Assembly: GCF_009914755.1 (NCBI RefSeq)
Contig: NC_060925.1
DNA length: 64,000 nucleotides
From: the human T2T-CHM13v2.0 reference genome, Homo sapiens
Strand: one strand, 5' to 3'
Below the pieces are notes generated by a model. That model ran no database searches. It was not told the DNA's origin and worked only from the letters and a program-made list of their open reading frames with translations. Both the position numbers and the translations under genes were made by a program. Shown here one piece after another: positions 14,712 through 30,371 of the stretch. Every line of letters starts with the position of its first letter. The first letter of the stretch is position 1.

Positions 14712-15957
14712 TTTTCTATGTTTAATTTAAAAAGATGAAAAAAATTTTTTTCCATGTAATTGAAAAGTATTTTATAGGGAATGAAAGAGGGAAGAGTCAA
14801 ATTGTTAATCTGAGACCAAACAAAAAATACTTTCTGTTTTGAAATTTGTATTCTCTGAAAAATAACCAAAGCTTACTGCGTGGCTATCTTAAAGATGATG
14901 GGAGAGCATCAATTTTCAAAATAGTTGGCTTTGGAGAAATTCAAGCCCCTTCCCCTAATGGAAAATCAACCATTACTGTTCTAGGACAGCTCAGGACTGG
15001 TGGATACATCGTTGCAGTCTCCTGGAATCAGTCTTTGCTCCCCAAGGAACACACACACAAAATAAAGCCAATGGCCCTACTAATCTCTTTGGTTCATTTC
15101 CTTTCTCTTGCACTCCTCTCTTTCATTCATTCCACCGTAATTGTCTGGATTGCCTTTACAGAAGGCAATTAATCGCATTCTTAATTGGATAAAATGAGGA
15201 ACCATTACGCTGCATGTAACAGAACTCATCAGAATCTGAAATCACTTCTGGCCAAATCTATGAGGGAGCTGGTCAGGTAAGAGCACCCCAGGAAGCCCCA
15301 CTTCCTCTTTCTAAGCAAATCATGCCATTTCTTCCTGGTGAAGGGCTGCCTGGCTGCCACCTGGACACAAATCAGAGGCTGCACTACTAGGTGGCAGGTC
15401 CTCAGGTTGATAACAGGCCGGGGTCATGAAGGGCCGCCATCCTCCGGAGAGGCCAGGATGGGCAGGAAACGCCAGCTTGGCACCCACCGTCCAGAGCATG
15501 CCTCCTGCTCTCCCTGCCTCAGTCCCCACAGCTGCTGCCCATTCACAGAGCAAAAGGCTCACGTGAAAAGACTCACCACAATTTTCCAAGGAATGGAGTT
15601 TATTAAAATACTGCTGGAGGCTTTTGGCTGGAATGTTTTTTCTCCTTGTAAAACGGGAACTATAGCAGTGTTGTCTATAGGAAAGCTCAGAATACGCTCA
15701 GAAACATCAGTCACAACAGAGACTATGTAGGGGCTGGTGCATATTACCAGTGATTCCATCCATTCCGCGGCTCCTGCTCCAGAGATAACATTCGGCTCAG
15801 AGGAGAAAACTTCCAGGCAGACCCTAGGATGGGTAGGAGAGAGGAAGCCAAGTTTCCCCACCCTTAACATAAACCCACGGGGAACTCTGGTGGAAAAAGC
15901 ATTTTTTTAATGTTAAAATGTCTTGCATGTGGGCATGTTATGGATTGGAATACAATT

Positions 15958-16063
15958 TATTTTTTAATTTTTTTCTTACGAGATGGGGTCTAGTTATGTT
16001 GCCCAGGCTGGTCTTAAACTCTGGGTTCAAGCGATCCTTCCACCTCAGCCTCCCAAGTAGTTG
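15958..16063 (-). mobile_element. Alu monomer fragment (FLAM/AluJ-like)
   Basis: gagatggggtc...gttgcccaggctggtct...cctcagcctcccaagtag. Confidence 0.8.
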
Positions 16064-16865
16064 TAACTTCAGATGAATGCCACATTTCCAGAGAGAAAAC
16101 AATTTTTAAATAAGACAAAACATACAATGCTCTCCTTGAGGCAGGCACCTGTGGATTTTCCCCTAAAACCCCAAAAATGTGTATTTGCTCTTCTTTCTTC
16201 CTCTATTGACATGAGTACTTTGGGGAAAGAATGAGAAGCGCCAAGGCACAAGTCACTGAGAAACCGGTTAAAAGGTGGCGAGCAATGGCTTGCAGAAGTG
16301 GACAAACATTTACTGATAGCTGGGCACGACCATTAAAGAGCCTCTAACACCTTTATGAGTAAGTAAAAACAAATAAGCACAGCTGCCAGTTATCCTGTTC
16401 AACAGATGTACAGCGTGCAAAGCTGACCACAGCCAGGTCCTCCTTCCAGAAATTAATTCCCCATAAAATGTCAGCTCCATAGAGCGAGGCTTTTCATCTG
16501 GTTCTCCACGAAAACCCCGGCACCTAGAATAGTGTCTGGTGCATGGATGGTGCATTTAATAAATGTTTGCAGAAAGAATAACTCAGTTCTGCAGCTCTTG
16601 CTACTCATCCTCAGAGCTTATTCACTGGTCAATGACCAATGGCCTGAGAGAATCCAACTAGGGTCATTCTTTTCGGGGATCAAGCTGAAGAATCCTTGCA
16701 TTTTGACCCGTGGAGGAGAAGGCAAGGAATAAAGGCTGCACTTCTTCCCAGAATTAAACACAGTGCCTGACTTCCAGGAGGTGCTCAATAAATGTCGACT
16801 GAATCCATTACCTTTTCACTTACTTCAGCTGAGACCCTTTTAGAAAGGCAAAAACTTAAAAACAA

Positions 16866-17149
<284 letters not shown>

Positions 17150-19221
17150 TGAAGACATTTTAAATGTTGTCTTTGAAATAAAGGACGAAAATTGCTGGTC
17201 TGAGATTGTTTGAATGACAAGGCTAAAGGGGAAGCTAGGGAAGAAGAAAATGTAAGCCTGCTTACTCTATTAACACAGATAAAGCAGATCCTATCTGGCC
17301 TTCAAGATCCCCAAAGGCAGGGGTAGTCGTCTTGGGTCCCAGGCCCAGTGCAGCTTCATCACCTGGGGGACAAAACTGAGTTTTGCTTCACTCCACACAG
17401 CTGTCCCTGGAAAAATGATTTCCAGATTTCATTGCTTTGACTATTAAAGACTGAAAACTGAGCAGCACTGCTTAGCAGACATCAGATATTCTGCTAATCA
17501 ATCGTATTAATGAACTATTGACTAATAGTATCATCCTTAACGTCACCAGTCAATTACAAATGTGTGTGAGCTGGCTCCATGGGCTGCTTCACGGAGAGCA
17601 GGTTTTTGGAAACGTAAGCAGCGGGTGTCCACTCACTCGTTCACTAAGGCTCGAATGTGGACACGTCCCCCAAGCACTCAGCCTTCTCATCTGTCAAATC
17701 ACACTCCCTGCAGACATCATGCTGCCCCGATGGGGGTGGCGATGCGGGGGTGACAGGGATAATTTCAAAGCATGGCTACCGCTGAGGCTGGCAGTGTGAA
17801 TACCTGTGCCCAGCTGGCTCTATTTCTAGAGGGCTGCTCTTGCTACTTAAAAAGAAGAATATGCTGAAAACAGTTAACCTATGAAGTTATCAACTCCCCG
17901 GTAAAAAATCAGGATGTCTCTTCCACCTTTACCTCACTGGCCTGGATACTTTCCCAGCCCTGATGTCTTCCCCTTGATAGAGTAAAGTCTGGGGACACCC
18001 AAGAGCTGAGCCTTAGGACAACTGTAAGAAAGAAAGAAGTGAAGGAACTAAAAACATGAAGTGACCAATGTTTGCAAGCAGAGACTTTCTTGCCTAGTTA
18101 AACAGATTCACGGCTATTTTTGGTTTGCTCTTAAAAAGGCAAAGGATGGAAGGCCTGCTGGGTGCCAATATGCAGAAACAAACTCCTTCCTCAGCTCAGG
18201 GCTCAAAATACACCCCAGCTGAGACATTTCTGCTCTTGCTGCCAGTGTGCAGAGTAAGGCCATAGAAGGGCCAAGTTTATGAAGCCAAGGGAACATCTTC
18301 ACATCATATGATTCTTGGCCCTCATGGATGTGTGGGTATTTTTGAAACAGCTTAACAACGGATTTCAGCTGGATTCACTCTAGCACAATGGGATTAATAT
18401 GTAATAAAATGATGTTTTGGCCATCTGCAAAGGAAGGTCATTTCCCACCAATCAGAGCAGGCCTCATAATCCCAAGGCAGCAAAAACTCTCTGATGCTGG
18501 GAAGAAAAAAGAAAGCTGACCTGGCATGATAAATTGGGCTGCCTTGGCCTGGCTGCCAAGCATCCCTCACATTTCTCTTCAATACCACTCTGTAATCAGA
18601 CCATGGTGGACTGGATCCATTCCCCCACAGTTCCCTGGCCCTGACATCTTAAGCGAGGCCATTCCCTTCATGGGGAATGCTGGCAAATCCTAACATTCTC
18701 GTCCATCTTAAAACTGGAGACTTTTCTTGAAAACAACAATCTCCCCCCCTTCATTATCTTGGGCAGGTGAGCAGGGAGGAATGACTGCTGTTTGCATGGA
18801 GCAGCAGTGCATTAGCTACTTTCAAAACATCTGACTGATCCCAGATTACACGAGACAAAGGCCTGGATCCTTTGCCTTTAGACAGGTGCATAATAGTGTG
18901 AATTTTCTGAAACTACCGCTTTGGGAAGAAACTAAAACTGCATGTGAACTTCAATGCTACAACAGTATACTCAGCACAGACCAATCCTTACAGAATAAAA
19001 GCATTTCGTAAGTTCAGTTAAACAGGAAAAAAGAAAAACTGTCATTCCCAGAGAACACTGGCAGTGATGAAAATAAAACATTCAAAGAAGAAACCTCCAG
19101 GATCAGTCACAGGATCCAGTACAAAGCCAGCGCACTGCCCCTTATATGAGCATCGCACGTAGCGAGGAGTTCAAAGCCAGGCCATCAATCAGAAAGTGGC
19201 TTCTGAAGCATGTCAATATAG

Positions 19222-19350
19222 TTTTTTTTCAGTAGAGATGGGTTTTCGCCATGTTGGCCAGGCTGGTCTCGAACTCCTGGCCTCAAGTTATCCACCTGCC
19301 TTGGCCTCCCAAAGTGCTGGGATTACAGGCATGGGCCGCCGCGCCTGGCC
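19222..19350 (-). mobile_element. Alu left arm only, flanked by an 18-bp direct repeat
   Basis: gcatgtcaatatagtttt at 19208-19225 and 19354-19371. Confidence 0.88.
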
Positions 19351-20137
19351 AATGCATGTCAATATAGTTTTAATGAGGCATGCATTACCAGATCCTAATT
19401 TGTTGAAAAGTCATGCTCCATTTCCATTTTGACATTCCTCATACTTCAATTAAAAAATTAATGAGAACACCGTTTCCCCAACCCACTCTGGACGATGGGA
19501 ATCCACTCTGGCCTCTTGTTCAGCCTCTGAGGTAGACAAGGCCCCAGGTGGCCTCCACACAGCCGGTGAAGGGAGCTGGTGCCTCTCAGGCCGTCCCGAG
19601 GCAGTGGAGGAAAGAGAACCACTAATCATAAATGGCCTGGTTCCGAGAAGGGTTTTTTTGCCCCGTGTCTAGTTCTTGCTTTTAAATTATGTGAATTTAA
19701 CATTATTCTCCATAATATACCTATGTGTTAACATTTTAGATTACTAATGAATTTAATTAACAGTTTCTCTCCCAACAGGCAAAACTGACACAGCACATAG
19801 ACACACCACATTTACTCTGTTGCTTTCAGTGTGACTAACCCAAAGGAACCTGGCAAGCAGGAGAAACCAGACCTCCCGGCGCTCCCAAGCCACATCCCTA
19901 TCCTGGCTTCTTCCCCATAGAGTCTAAATCATCTAAAGGAGGTGAGGTGGCCATATGTACCTTACAGGGGTGTTGTATGACTTTGAAGAAACAATAAACA
20001 ACACAAACAGAAGTCCCCAGCTTAGTCCTGGGCACACGGCAGGTATTCAACACGTCAGCTGTCCACCTCAACCTCAGCCCACCTCCACCAGCTCTAGCAT
20101 ACATTCTACAGAAGACAAAGTTAAAAACAGAAAAGTA

Positions 20138-20391
20138 GGATTGCCTGAGGTCAGCAGTTCGAGACCAGCCTGGGCAACATAGGGAGAACCAGTCTCTATG
20201 CAAAATAAAACATTTTAAAAAATTGGCCAGATGTGGTGGTGGGCGCCTGTTGTCTTAGCTACTTGCAAGGCTGAGGCAGAAGATCATTTGAGCCCAGGAG
20301 TTTAGGAGGCTGCATTGAGCTTTGATTGCACCACTACACTCTAGCCTGGGTGACAGAGCAAGACCCTGTCTCAAAAAAAAAAAAAAAAAAA
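20138..20391 (+). mobile_element. 5'-truncated AluJ
   Basis: Starts mid left arm; A tail; aaaagta on both flanks. Confidence 0.88.
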
Positions 20392-21323
20392 GTATGCTCT
20401 GACAGTAATCTATAGAATGTCACACAGTACACCATATATCAGTGGTAGATACGGCCTGGCACTTCAACCTGTGTCCAAGTACCATCCTGCAACTAAGCCT
20501 CAGAGGTGATCTCTCTCATTATCTGGCTATGGCGAAAGACAGCTCTTGATACTCTCCTTCATTCACCATCAATGCTGCAATTTCCCTGTTGAGCCCAGGG
20601 AAAACCCGCACGGGCAGCAAGGGAGCCAGTTGACCAGGTTTTCATAAAAGCAGCTACATGCACATCCCTGAAAGAGAGAGTGATGAGGGAGTCCCGGAGA
20701 AAAGACACAGCTGTAGTAAAACACTTCAGTTGCCATAAGAACAAAATAGCCTATTAAACACCAGGAAGGGTCCAATGAGAAAAATTTGCTCATCATTTCC
20801 TACTTCTATGTTTGGCTTATTTCTAAAATACAGTAATAACTAAATTGGCAAACTAAATTTAAACTCAGCCAAGCATGCTTTCATGCTGAGTTTAGAGGAA
20901 AAACAAGCCCCTGCAGCTGACCAAATTAAAGGCAGATCACACCTTCAACTTTTGCCCACCTCTTCCACGTAGGATCAATCATAGATTTCTGACCAAGAAA
21001 AATGCAAAGCCATTAAAGCACTTCCCAGACCACATTCTGTAGTCCTACCTCATAGGACTGATGAGAGTTTAAATATGGCTGCGCATGAGGCACTGCATAC
21101 AAGTTCAGCCGTCAGTGGGCTGATGGTGACCATTCTCACCACATCAAGTCCAAGGTCTCCTCACTTTCAAGGATACCTCCTACCTATCCAACTTTATACT
21201 TCAGTATTTCTCAACAAAGGACATCTCCTCTAACCCCTCCAGCCCACACTGCCCGACCGCCCCCAGCTCACATTTCACATGCTCAGGCCCAGGTTCTACA
21301 CAAAACTGGACCCGGCCAATCTA

Positions 21324-21854
<531 letters not shown>

Positions 21855-23029
21855 TCACTCGCTGGCTCCTGGCCGGGGACCCCTGATCCTGAGCACACAG
21901 TGGGTTCATTTGCATCACAACTATGTTACTACCCCCCTGAAATGTCGACTGTCTGGCAGGACCCTCTCTTTTTGATACCTGCCTTCTCTCCGCTTACATC
22001 ACAAGCATGTGCAGTTGTCTCTCTGAGCAGCCAGTGACCTCAAGAAACCTCTTTCTTCCCACTTCCTGAATTACTATGAATGAGATACAGCAGGTTCCCA
22101 ACTCCCTCCACAGGCTCCGCTCTGTGTCACACACTTGCCTCTCAGCTGGGAGTTTGCATCCCTATAAATATACAAATAGTCGCACTACAGACCTTTCGGG
22201 CTGCTGTATAAAGTTTTCTGTGAATGACATCCGTGCCTCTCCTAGCAGTCATATATTTTTCCTAGTAAAAATGTTCTGAATGCATACAATGGAATTAAAT
22301 AAATCACTACAGCATATGAACAAGTTCCCAACCCACTCTAAAAAGATACCTCACTGATGAGCCATGCTTGGCAATGGATAATTACATCCAAGAAGACACA
22401 GGACACAGTGGAAAAAACAGAGGACCAGACTCAGGGACTCACGTTCCAAACCCAGCACCAGAACTCACTGCCAAGTGATCAGGGTGATTCGGCTGGCCTC
22501 TTAGGACCTGATTTTATTTCTTTCCAATATTTCCTATGGCTTTATAGATGTTTTTGAATATTTTGAGCACTCTTCAAATAATATGGTGCTAGTGAATTTG
22601 AGGCAACATCTTGAGACCAATCATTCTGAGCATAAAAATCTATGAAAATGAATAGAATATTTAAAAACTAGATGTGACGGGCCCTTTAACAAGCCAACTT
22701 TTGCTTGTTATACCTTTTCAAACTAGAAATGAAGCCACGGAAGCATCTTACAGGTAGACGCTTGTACTGTGTTGGCTGGAGAAACTCACACCATAGCAGA
22801 GACTGATAGCGTCTGGCCTGCGTGCACTGCTGAATGCCTGCGGGATGGGTATGGCCTCTTCCTCACCACGTCTAAATGCAAGCTTCTAGAAACTGAAGAC
22901 AAGGCAGCTGGGGAGGGAGCAGACTGTCATTAACTTTAGAACTCCTAACTTGGGCTTCAACAACACAGATGGTTCTGAATGACAGACCACCATATGAAAT
23001 CCATCTTCTCTCTGCCTGGAGGAATCTCA

Positions 23030-23314
<285 letters not shown>

Positions 23315-23921
23315 TTAAAAAGCATGCTTGCCCAAGGCATTCTAAAACCCAAAGAGCCACGCAGTGGGCCCTCCGCCAGGTTTCTGTGTGCCAGCAGCCT
23401 GGAGCGGGGGGCGACTGTGCAGGCTGTTTGCTCCCCTTTGACAGCAGTCTCTGTCTCAAGTGGGGGCATCCAAAAGACCCTGAAAGAAGTGGAAGCAGGC
23501 TGGAGACGTCAGAAAGCTCCCTCACCGGCTCCCCTGCTCCTGCTCAACAGGCCCTGGTGGCTGCAGATGTCGTGCCCCCCAGTTGGTTCCATGGTGAACA
23601 CACTCTAGTAGCGGATTACTTTTGCCCTTTGTTGTAACCTGGGTGTAAACATCAGGTAACATCCCCAGGCCAGGTTCCTTGAGAAGCTCCAAGGGAGGGA
23701 GAAAAGCCAGGCAAAGAACAAGTGGCAAGATGCACACGGGGTTAAAAGTGCTTCATTCATTCAATAGAAACTTAGGACACTAAGACCTGAACCACACTAC
23801 AGTCAAGAGCTCACTCCACCCAGCAAACTGGACTGCAAATGCAGTAAACTATGTCACTGCAGAGGCAAGGACTGGAAAGACAACCATTACTCTTGTTTAT
23901 CAAGCACTCTTTTAAAAAATG

Positions 23922-24231
<310 letters not shown>

Positions 24232-25612
24232 CAAGCACCTTTTTAAAGCTATGCATCCTGTGCTTCACCATACTCTCCTCACAGTACATATGCTGCAAAT
24301 ATTTACTCAGAGCCACCATGTGCCAGTCACCATAAACATATAAAAAATAAATAAATAAAGGGAGGGGGAGAGGAAGGGAACTGAGCGGAGGCAAGGCTGG
24401 TAAAATGCAAAGTAAATTCAATGCACAGTGGGTTCTAACACAGAAGGCTAGACCTCAGGAGATGAGACAAGAAATAAAGTGAGAAAGGTGGGCCAGGTAC
24501 AATGGTGAAGACCTGTGTATGCAACTCTTAGAAGTACAGGTGACTCCAAGTAAGGCAGATGGAGTCCCCAACACTACCCAAGCAGCCACTATCTGATTTG
24601 TATCTGGAATCTGCTCTGCTCAGACCAATTTCAGGATTTTTGGAAGGCCTAAATCAACAAGCTACAGTCTCATAAAATACACAAAGTAATCCTCAAAATG
24701 CCACATTTGGCCTTAACGAAATATAACTTTTGAATATTACCATTTACACTCCAGGTCTGTTAACCACAAGTAGGCCGTGGGGCAAGGACCCACTTCATAG
24801 TCACCAGAGACATAACACATTATTAAGGAGAGTCAATTTCATTTTTTTAAAAAAAGATATTGACATGGCATATACAGCCAGCTGTTTTAAAAAAGAATGA
24901 AAGAAAAGAAAAAGCCTGTCCCTTGCTCAAGATGGCTATCAGTGACAGTTCATCCTGGAACACACAACGAACTGGCTCCCCTGCAAAGAGAAAAGAAAAA
25001 CACCACACCAGAAATTCTACCACTTGTTTTGCTGAATGCCAGCAACCATGAATTCCCTACTTGTGCCACGCATTTCTATGCCAACATGTGTCAGCCAAGG
25101 CCACAGTGATGGGTTTGGCCCACTGGCATGAGAGGAAATTTTAACACCACGTCTTGGGCAGAACACACAGATAAGCTGATTCGACTCTAGAGAGACATAT
25201 TCAATTCCCAATACTGCCATTCATTAACTTATGGCCTTGGGTGGGTTTCTTAATCTCTAGAAGTCTCTATTTATTTATCCATAAAATGGGAACACAGTAT
25301 CTTCCTTAGAGAGTGACAATAATTTAGTAATGCATGTGGAACATTTAATACACAGTAGTATGTGTTTAATGATTGGGGATATTGAGTGCATACAAATAAA
25401 CATACAGCTTTTAAATCTTTTTAAAAATTTTAAATGATTCCCCTGCCCAACCTCCCCGCCCCTCAACCCAGCCCTGGATCTCTCTCTCTCTCTCTTGCTC
25501 CCCTTAAACTAGAGCTAATGTTCAAACTCAATACAAAGCTACGTATTCTCTTGGCCAAGCAAGAATAGAAAACCCTAAATGATTCAAGTCAAACTCGTTA
25601 AAAGGTATAAAC

Positions 25613-25863
25613 TAGTATTTCTCAACTAGGGATGATTTTGCACACGTGCACACACATACACACACACCTCCAACAACCCTGCCAGGAGACATCTGGCAAT
25701 GTATGGAGACATTTTTGTCACAACTGGGAGAGAAGAAACTACTGACATCTAATGGGTAGGGGCCAGGGATGCTTCTAAACATCCCAAAACGCGATACACA
25801 GCCTCCCCACAACAAAGAATCACCCGGCCCAAACGTTAATAGAGTTAAGGCTGAGAAGCCCTG
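25613..25863 (+). mobile_element. MER20 (hAT-Charlie MITE) with a CA-rich insert
   Basis: ttctcaact...gacatctggcaatgtatggagacattttt...ggccagggatgct...caacaaagaat...ggctgagaagccctg matches the MER20 layout. Confidence 0.85.
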
Positions 25864-25989
25864 GGCTAAAAATAATTGGTTTGGGGGCTGCAGATTCCCA
25901 GAATCTGATTGACAATAAAGTCCCCCTCAGGAAGACTGCACATGCAGGCAAACGTTTTATATATAATTCTAATTTAAAGACCACACATA

Positions 25990-26229
25990 CACTTTGGGAG
26001 GCCAAGGCGGGCGGATCATGAGGTCAGGAGATTGAGACCATCCTGGCTAACGTGGTGAATCCCCGTCTCTACTAAAAATACAAAAAAATTAGCCGGGCGT
26101 GGTGGCGGGTGCCTGTAGTTCCAGCAACTCGGGAGGCTGAGGCAGGAGAATGGCATGAACCCGGGAGGCAGAGCTTGCAGTGAGCCCAGATCACTCCAGC
26201 CTGGGCGACAGAGCGAGACTCCATCTCAA

Positions 26230-26271
<42 letters not shown>

Positions 26272-26273
26272 AC
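25990..26273 (+). mobile_element. 5'-truncated AluY with (AAC)n tail
   Basis: Y-type gagaccatcctggctaac, agaatggcatgaacccgggagg, gagcttgcagtgag; TSD ccacacata at 25981-25989 and 26274-26282. Confidence 0.9.
26231..26273 (+). repeat. (AAC)n microsatellite, about 13-14 units
   Basis: Direct reading of aacaacaac... Confidence 0.95.
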
Positions 26274-27026
26274 CCACACATAACCCCTAAAAATTTCTGG
26301 TCTTCAGAAAGTATCTCAACTAGATATTAGCAATCCTCCTTATAAATGAAAAGCAAATTAAGATATAAGTAAGCCTGTCTAATTTGAAACGGTGATCCAG
26401 ACAGAACACAGAAGGGATTAACTAGAAAACTGAGCAGTGTTATCTAGGAAAAGACCTAAGTTGACCAGAGAAGCTCAAGGTGAAAGACACTGTTTTAACC
26501 CTTCTTCGGTGCCTGTTCACAAGCCCAGTTCCAATATGCTGATCACATCCCCACCCCGCAAGGGGCCGGACAGTCCTCTGTAGACCTGTATCTAGTTGAC
26601 AGCACTAGAATACTACTACAAAAGGATCTGACTCATATTTTGCATTAATCCCAATTAATCTTAATTGGAAATGTTTCACTACAAATTTCTAGGGCTAAGG
26701 ATGTTTAACTATCATTCAATGAGGAAATGACTAAATGCTTCCCATAAGTGAAGCAACATGGGAAAGCTTAATGACAGCTTTTAAGACGTTAAAATTAGAG
26801 TTAACTGGAGCCATTTGCTTGGGAGTCATCCCAAACCCTAAGGGGTCCAAACAGGAAACGGTACCGGAGAATGAAGCAGATGTGGATGACCTTCAGCTAC
26901 AAGCAACAATGTAAGTGACCCAGGAAATGGAACGATGGGGACAGAGGGAGGGGGCTAGTCCCAGGGGCCTCCCTAGGATGCTGTCACTTTTATATAAAGC
27001 TCAATAACAAGCAATAGTGAACATTC

Positions 27027-27616
<590 letters not shown>

Positions 27617-27886
27617 TGAACACTCTTATTATTTAGACACGTGTTTTAGACTAATATAACAAGGCTTTTTTTTTCTTTAAGCCAAGACAAAGGTATGATA
27701 AATACAACATTTAAGAAGAGTAGAAGAGCAGTTCTAGGGAAGCCATGAGGGGAAGATGAAAGCTATACTGTCTAGGTCTCACATGGAATGGCAGGTTCAA
27801 GGGTATTCATCATCAACGTGATGCTTAAGTTATGATTATCAGATATCTAAACTTTTTTTAAAGGTAATAGAAAAAACTAAAAGTAT

Positions 27887-28102
27887 GCAGGGAGTGGTGG
27901 TGCGTGCCTGTAGTTCCTGCTACTCGGGAAGCTGAGGCAGGAGGATCGTTCAAGCCCAGGAGTTCTGGGTTGTAGTGTGCTATGCCCATCAGGTGTCCGC
28001 ACTAAGTTTGGCATCAATATGGTGACTTCCTGGGAGCAGGGAACCACCAGGTTGCCTAAGGAGGGGTGAACCGGCCCAGGACAGAAACGGAGCAGGTCAA
28101 AA
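27887..28102 (+). pseudogene. 7SL (SRP) RNA retropseudogene, 3'-truncated (RN7SL-type)
   Basis: Contains S-domain sequence absent from Alu (gtgtccgcactaagtttggcatcaatatggtgacttcctgggag...ccaccaggttgcctaaggaggggtgaaccggcccagg...gaaacggagcaggtcaaaa), colinear with 7SL from nt 1 to about nt 215. Confidence 0.93.
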
Positions 28103-29844
28103 AATACAAGGAAGAGCAAGTAAAGAGAGGGCTTAGGACTCAGGAGTCCAGGGTCCAAGGTATGCCCTGTCACTAGACGTCTGTGTGCTTTGGACTGCTC
28201 ACTTAACCTCGTGGCCTGGGATTTGGCCCAGATGAACTCTAAGACTCCTTCTAGATGGAGTGCCCTCTATCCTACTGCGAGAGCAGACATGCCTAACCGC
28301 CACACCCTTCAAAACAAGACCATCATCCTGGATTTGGCCGCCTGCAGGCCAGCAACTGGGCTACAGTTCAACAACTGTGCACTGAGTGCCAACCCTGGGC
28401 CAGGCCCTGAATCCGGCCCAACAAATGAGACCCAGTCCCAAGCCTCAAGGAACCAATTGTCCATAAAACAGCAAATAACCACAAGGTCGTGTGGTGTGTA
28501 CAATGATGAGACAGAGAAGGTACAAAGAGACAAGGCACAGTTCACAATACACTGATTTGTACTTCTTTGTGTCAATTATTTTCCTAGGACTCCCCTCCCT
28601 CACATGGCTACAAAATAAACAGAAGGCCAGTCAGGGGAAGTAAACTGTCACCTGGTGGCTAAGAGCTCTCCACAGGCCAGCTCCTTCAAAACTCTGACTG
28701 GTCCAGGCACCTCCTTCATACAATGAGCTTCACCAGTTCCACCACCCAATGGTGTGTTCCAGGTGGAAAGGTAAATAGTAAAAGAAGGACCATTTCTCCT
28801 TATCCTCTGGAATTCTCTGTCCATTCAATTAATCATCTGATCATTATGTGAGTGTTTCCTAGGTAACAAGCACTGTTTCTGATGCTGAGTGGTGAACATA
28901 AAAGTCTCTGCTCCTCATGGAGCTTATGGTGCAGTCAAAATCAGTGTGGAAAAAAAAAATCAAGGAAGAGTCCTTGTTAGGATGTCAAATAATAAGGAGG
29001 GGAGTTACCCCATTTTAAGCTGGCAAGGCTCCAAGGGGTAGGTTTAGGGGGTTTTTTGTGTTATTTTCTTATTTTGGTATATAAACTGAGATAAGAAATA
29101 TTTCACCTCCTGTTTTCACATGATTTAAAGAAAAAGCATAAAATTGCTTAAATCACCCTGCAATAAATAAAACCACCATTAATACGGACTAAAACAATTT
29201 TTCAGAATAAGAAATCAGTCAAATAAAACCCCACCATCTAAATATCTGCTACAGTGTTCAGACATCCGACGGTATTATGAAATCATCTGCATACAGGAAA
29301 ACTTGGCCTACTAGGCAAACTCCAGGGCAAAGTCTGATTTGGAAACCATCAAGTGAGATGTAACCAGTACCTACACTCCAAGTTTGGTAGAGTAAACACA
29401 CCATCTACAACAATGTCAATGTCAGAGTACAGGTGCCCACTAAGTAGGGCAGGGAGCCCCAGAAGATGTCTCAGAATGGGGCCACAGGAGCAGGTTAGCC
29501 CTGGATAAGCAGGTGTGCCTTTCCAGGCAGCAGGTGCAGCAGGCTAAGGAGAGGTGAGCCAGGTGCGTGGAGGAGGAGGTGGGGAACCATGGGGCATGGC
29601 CTGGGGAGGTGACTGGGGCCTTGTCACAAGAGCCAGATCACACCCAAACTACTCAGGGGGCAGCTATGCTGGCCCGAGGAGCTAGGCTCAGAATCTCACT
29701 TCTCCCCGCAGTTTTTTGCTCCTGTCCAGTTTATAGGTAAGGCATCTGTGCCACATTCTTTAAAATCCACTTTTCTGTGAAGGTTTTGGAGCCCCTAGAG
29801 ATTTTTCCACAGGGGAATGACGACTGCTGTTGTGACTTAGAAGG

Positions 29845-30371
29845 CGAAGCAGATTATATTTTCCAAAAATGACCATAACAAGCAGTCCCATCCCACATGC
29901 TCCTCTTGCAGCGTGACTGTGACACTCCTCCCACTTGTGGTGGGGCGGGGGGGGGCTGTGTCCCCTCCGCCTTGGAACCGGAGGAGCTTTTGTAACTTTT
30001 TATCATCAGAGCCCAGCACAAATGATGCCCTATGACTTGTGAGCCCACAAGAGACAACGCGGCTTCTCCCTGCCTGCTAAACACACAGGCCTGGAGCCCA
30101 CTCAACTGCCCCGAGGCCACCCTGTGCAGAAGACTCCCTGAGACTCCATGGACAGAGGGAGGCCCACTGAGCCCCCAGGTGCTCCAGGCTCCCACTGTTC
30201 CAGCTTCAGCTATCTGACTGCAATAGTATGAGACCCCAAGCCAGAACCACCCAGCCAAGGCCCTCCTGAACTCCTGACCCACAGAAACCATCAGAGACAA
30301 TGAAATGAATTGTTCCTTTAAGTCACTAGGTTTCGGGATGGTTTTGTTAGACAGCAACAGTAAATGACACA
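29845..30371 (+). mobile_element. MLT1-family (ERVL-MaLR) solo LTR, MLT1H-like
   Basis: 5' attatattttccaaaaatgacc...tcccatcccacatgctc and 3' ccagaaccacccagccaag...tcctgacccacagaaacc...tttaagtcactagg...ttgttagacagcaacagtaaatgacaca. Confidence 0.8.
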
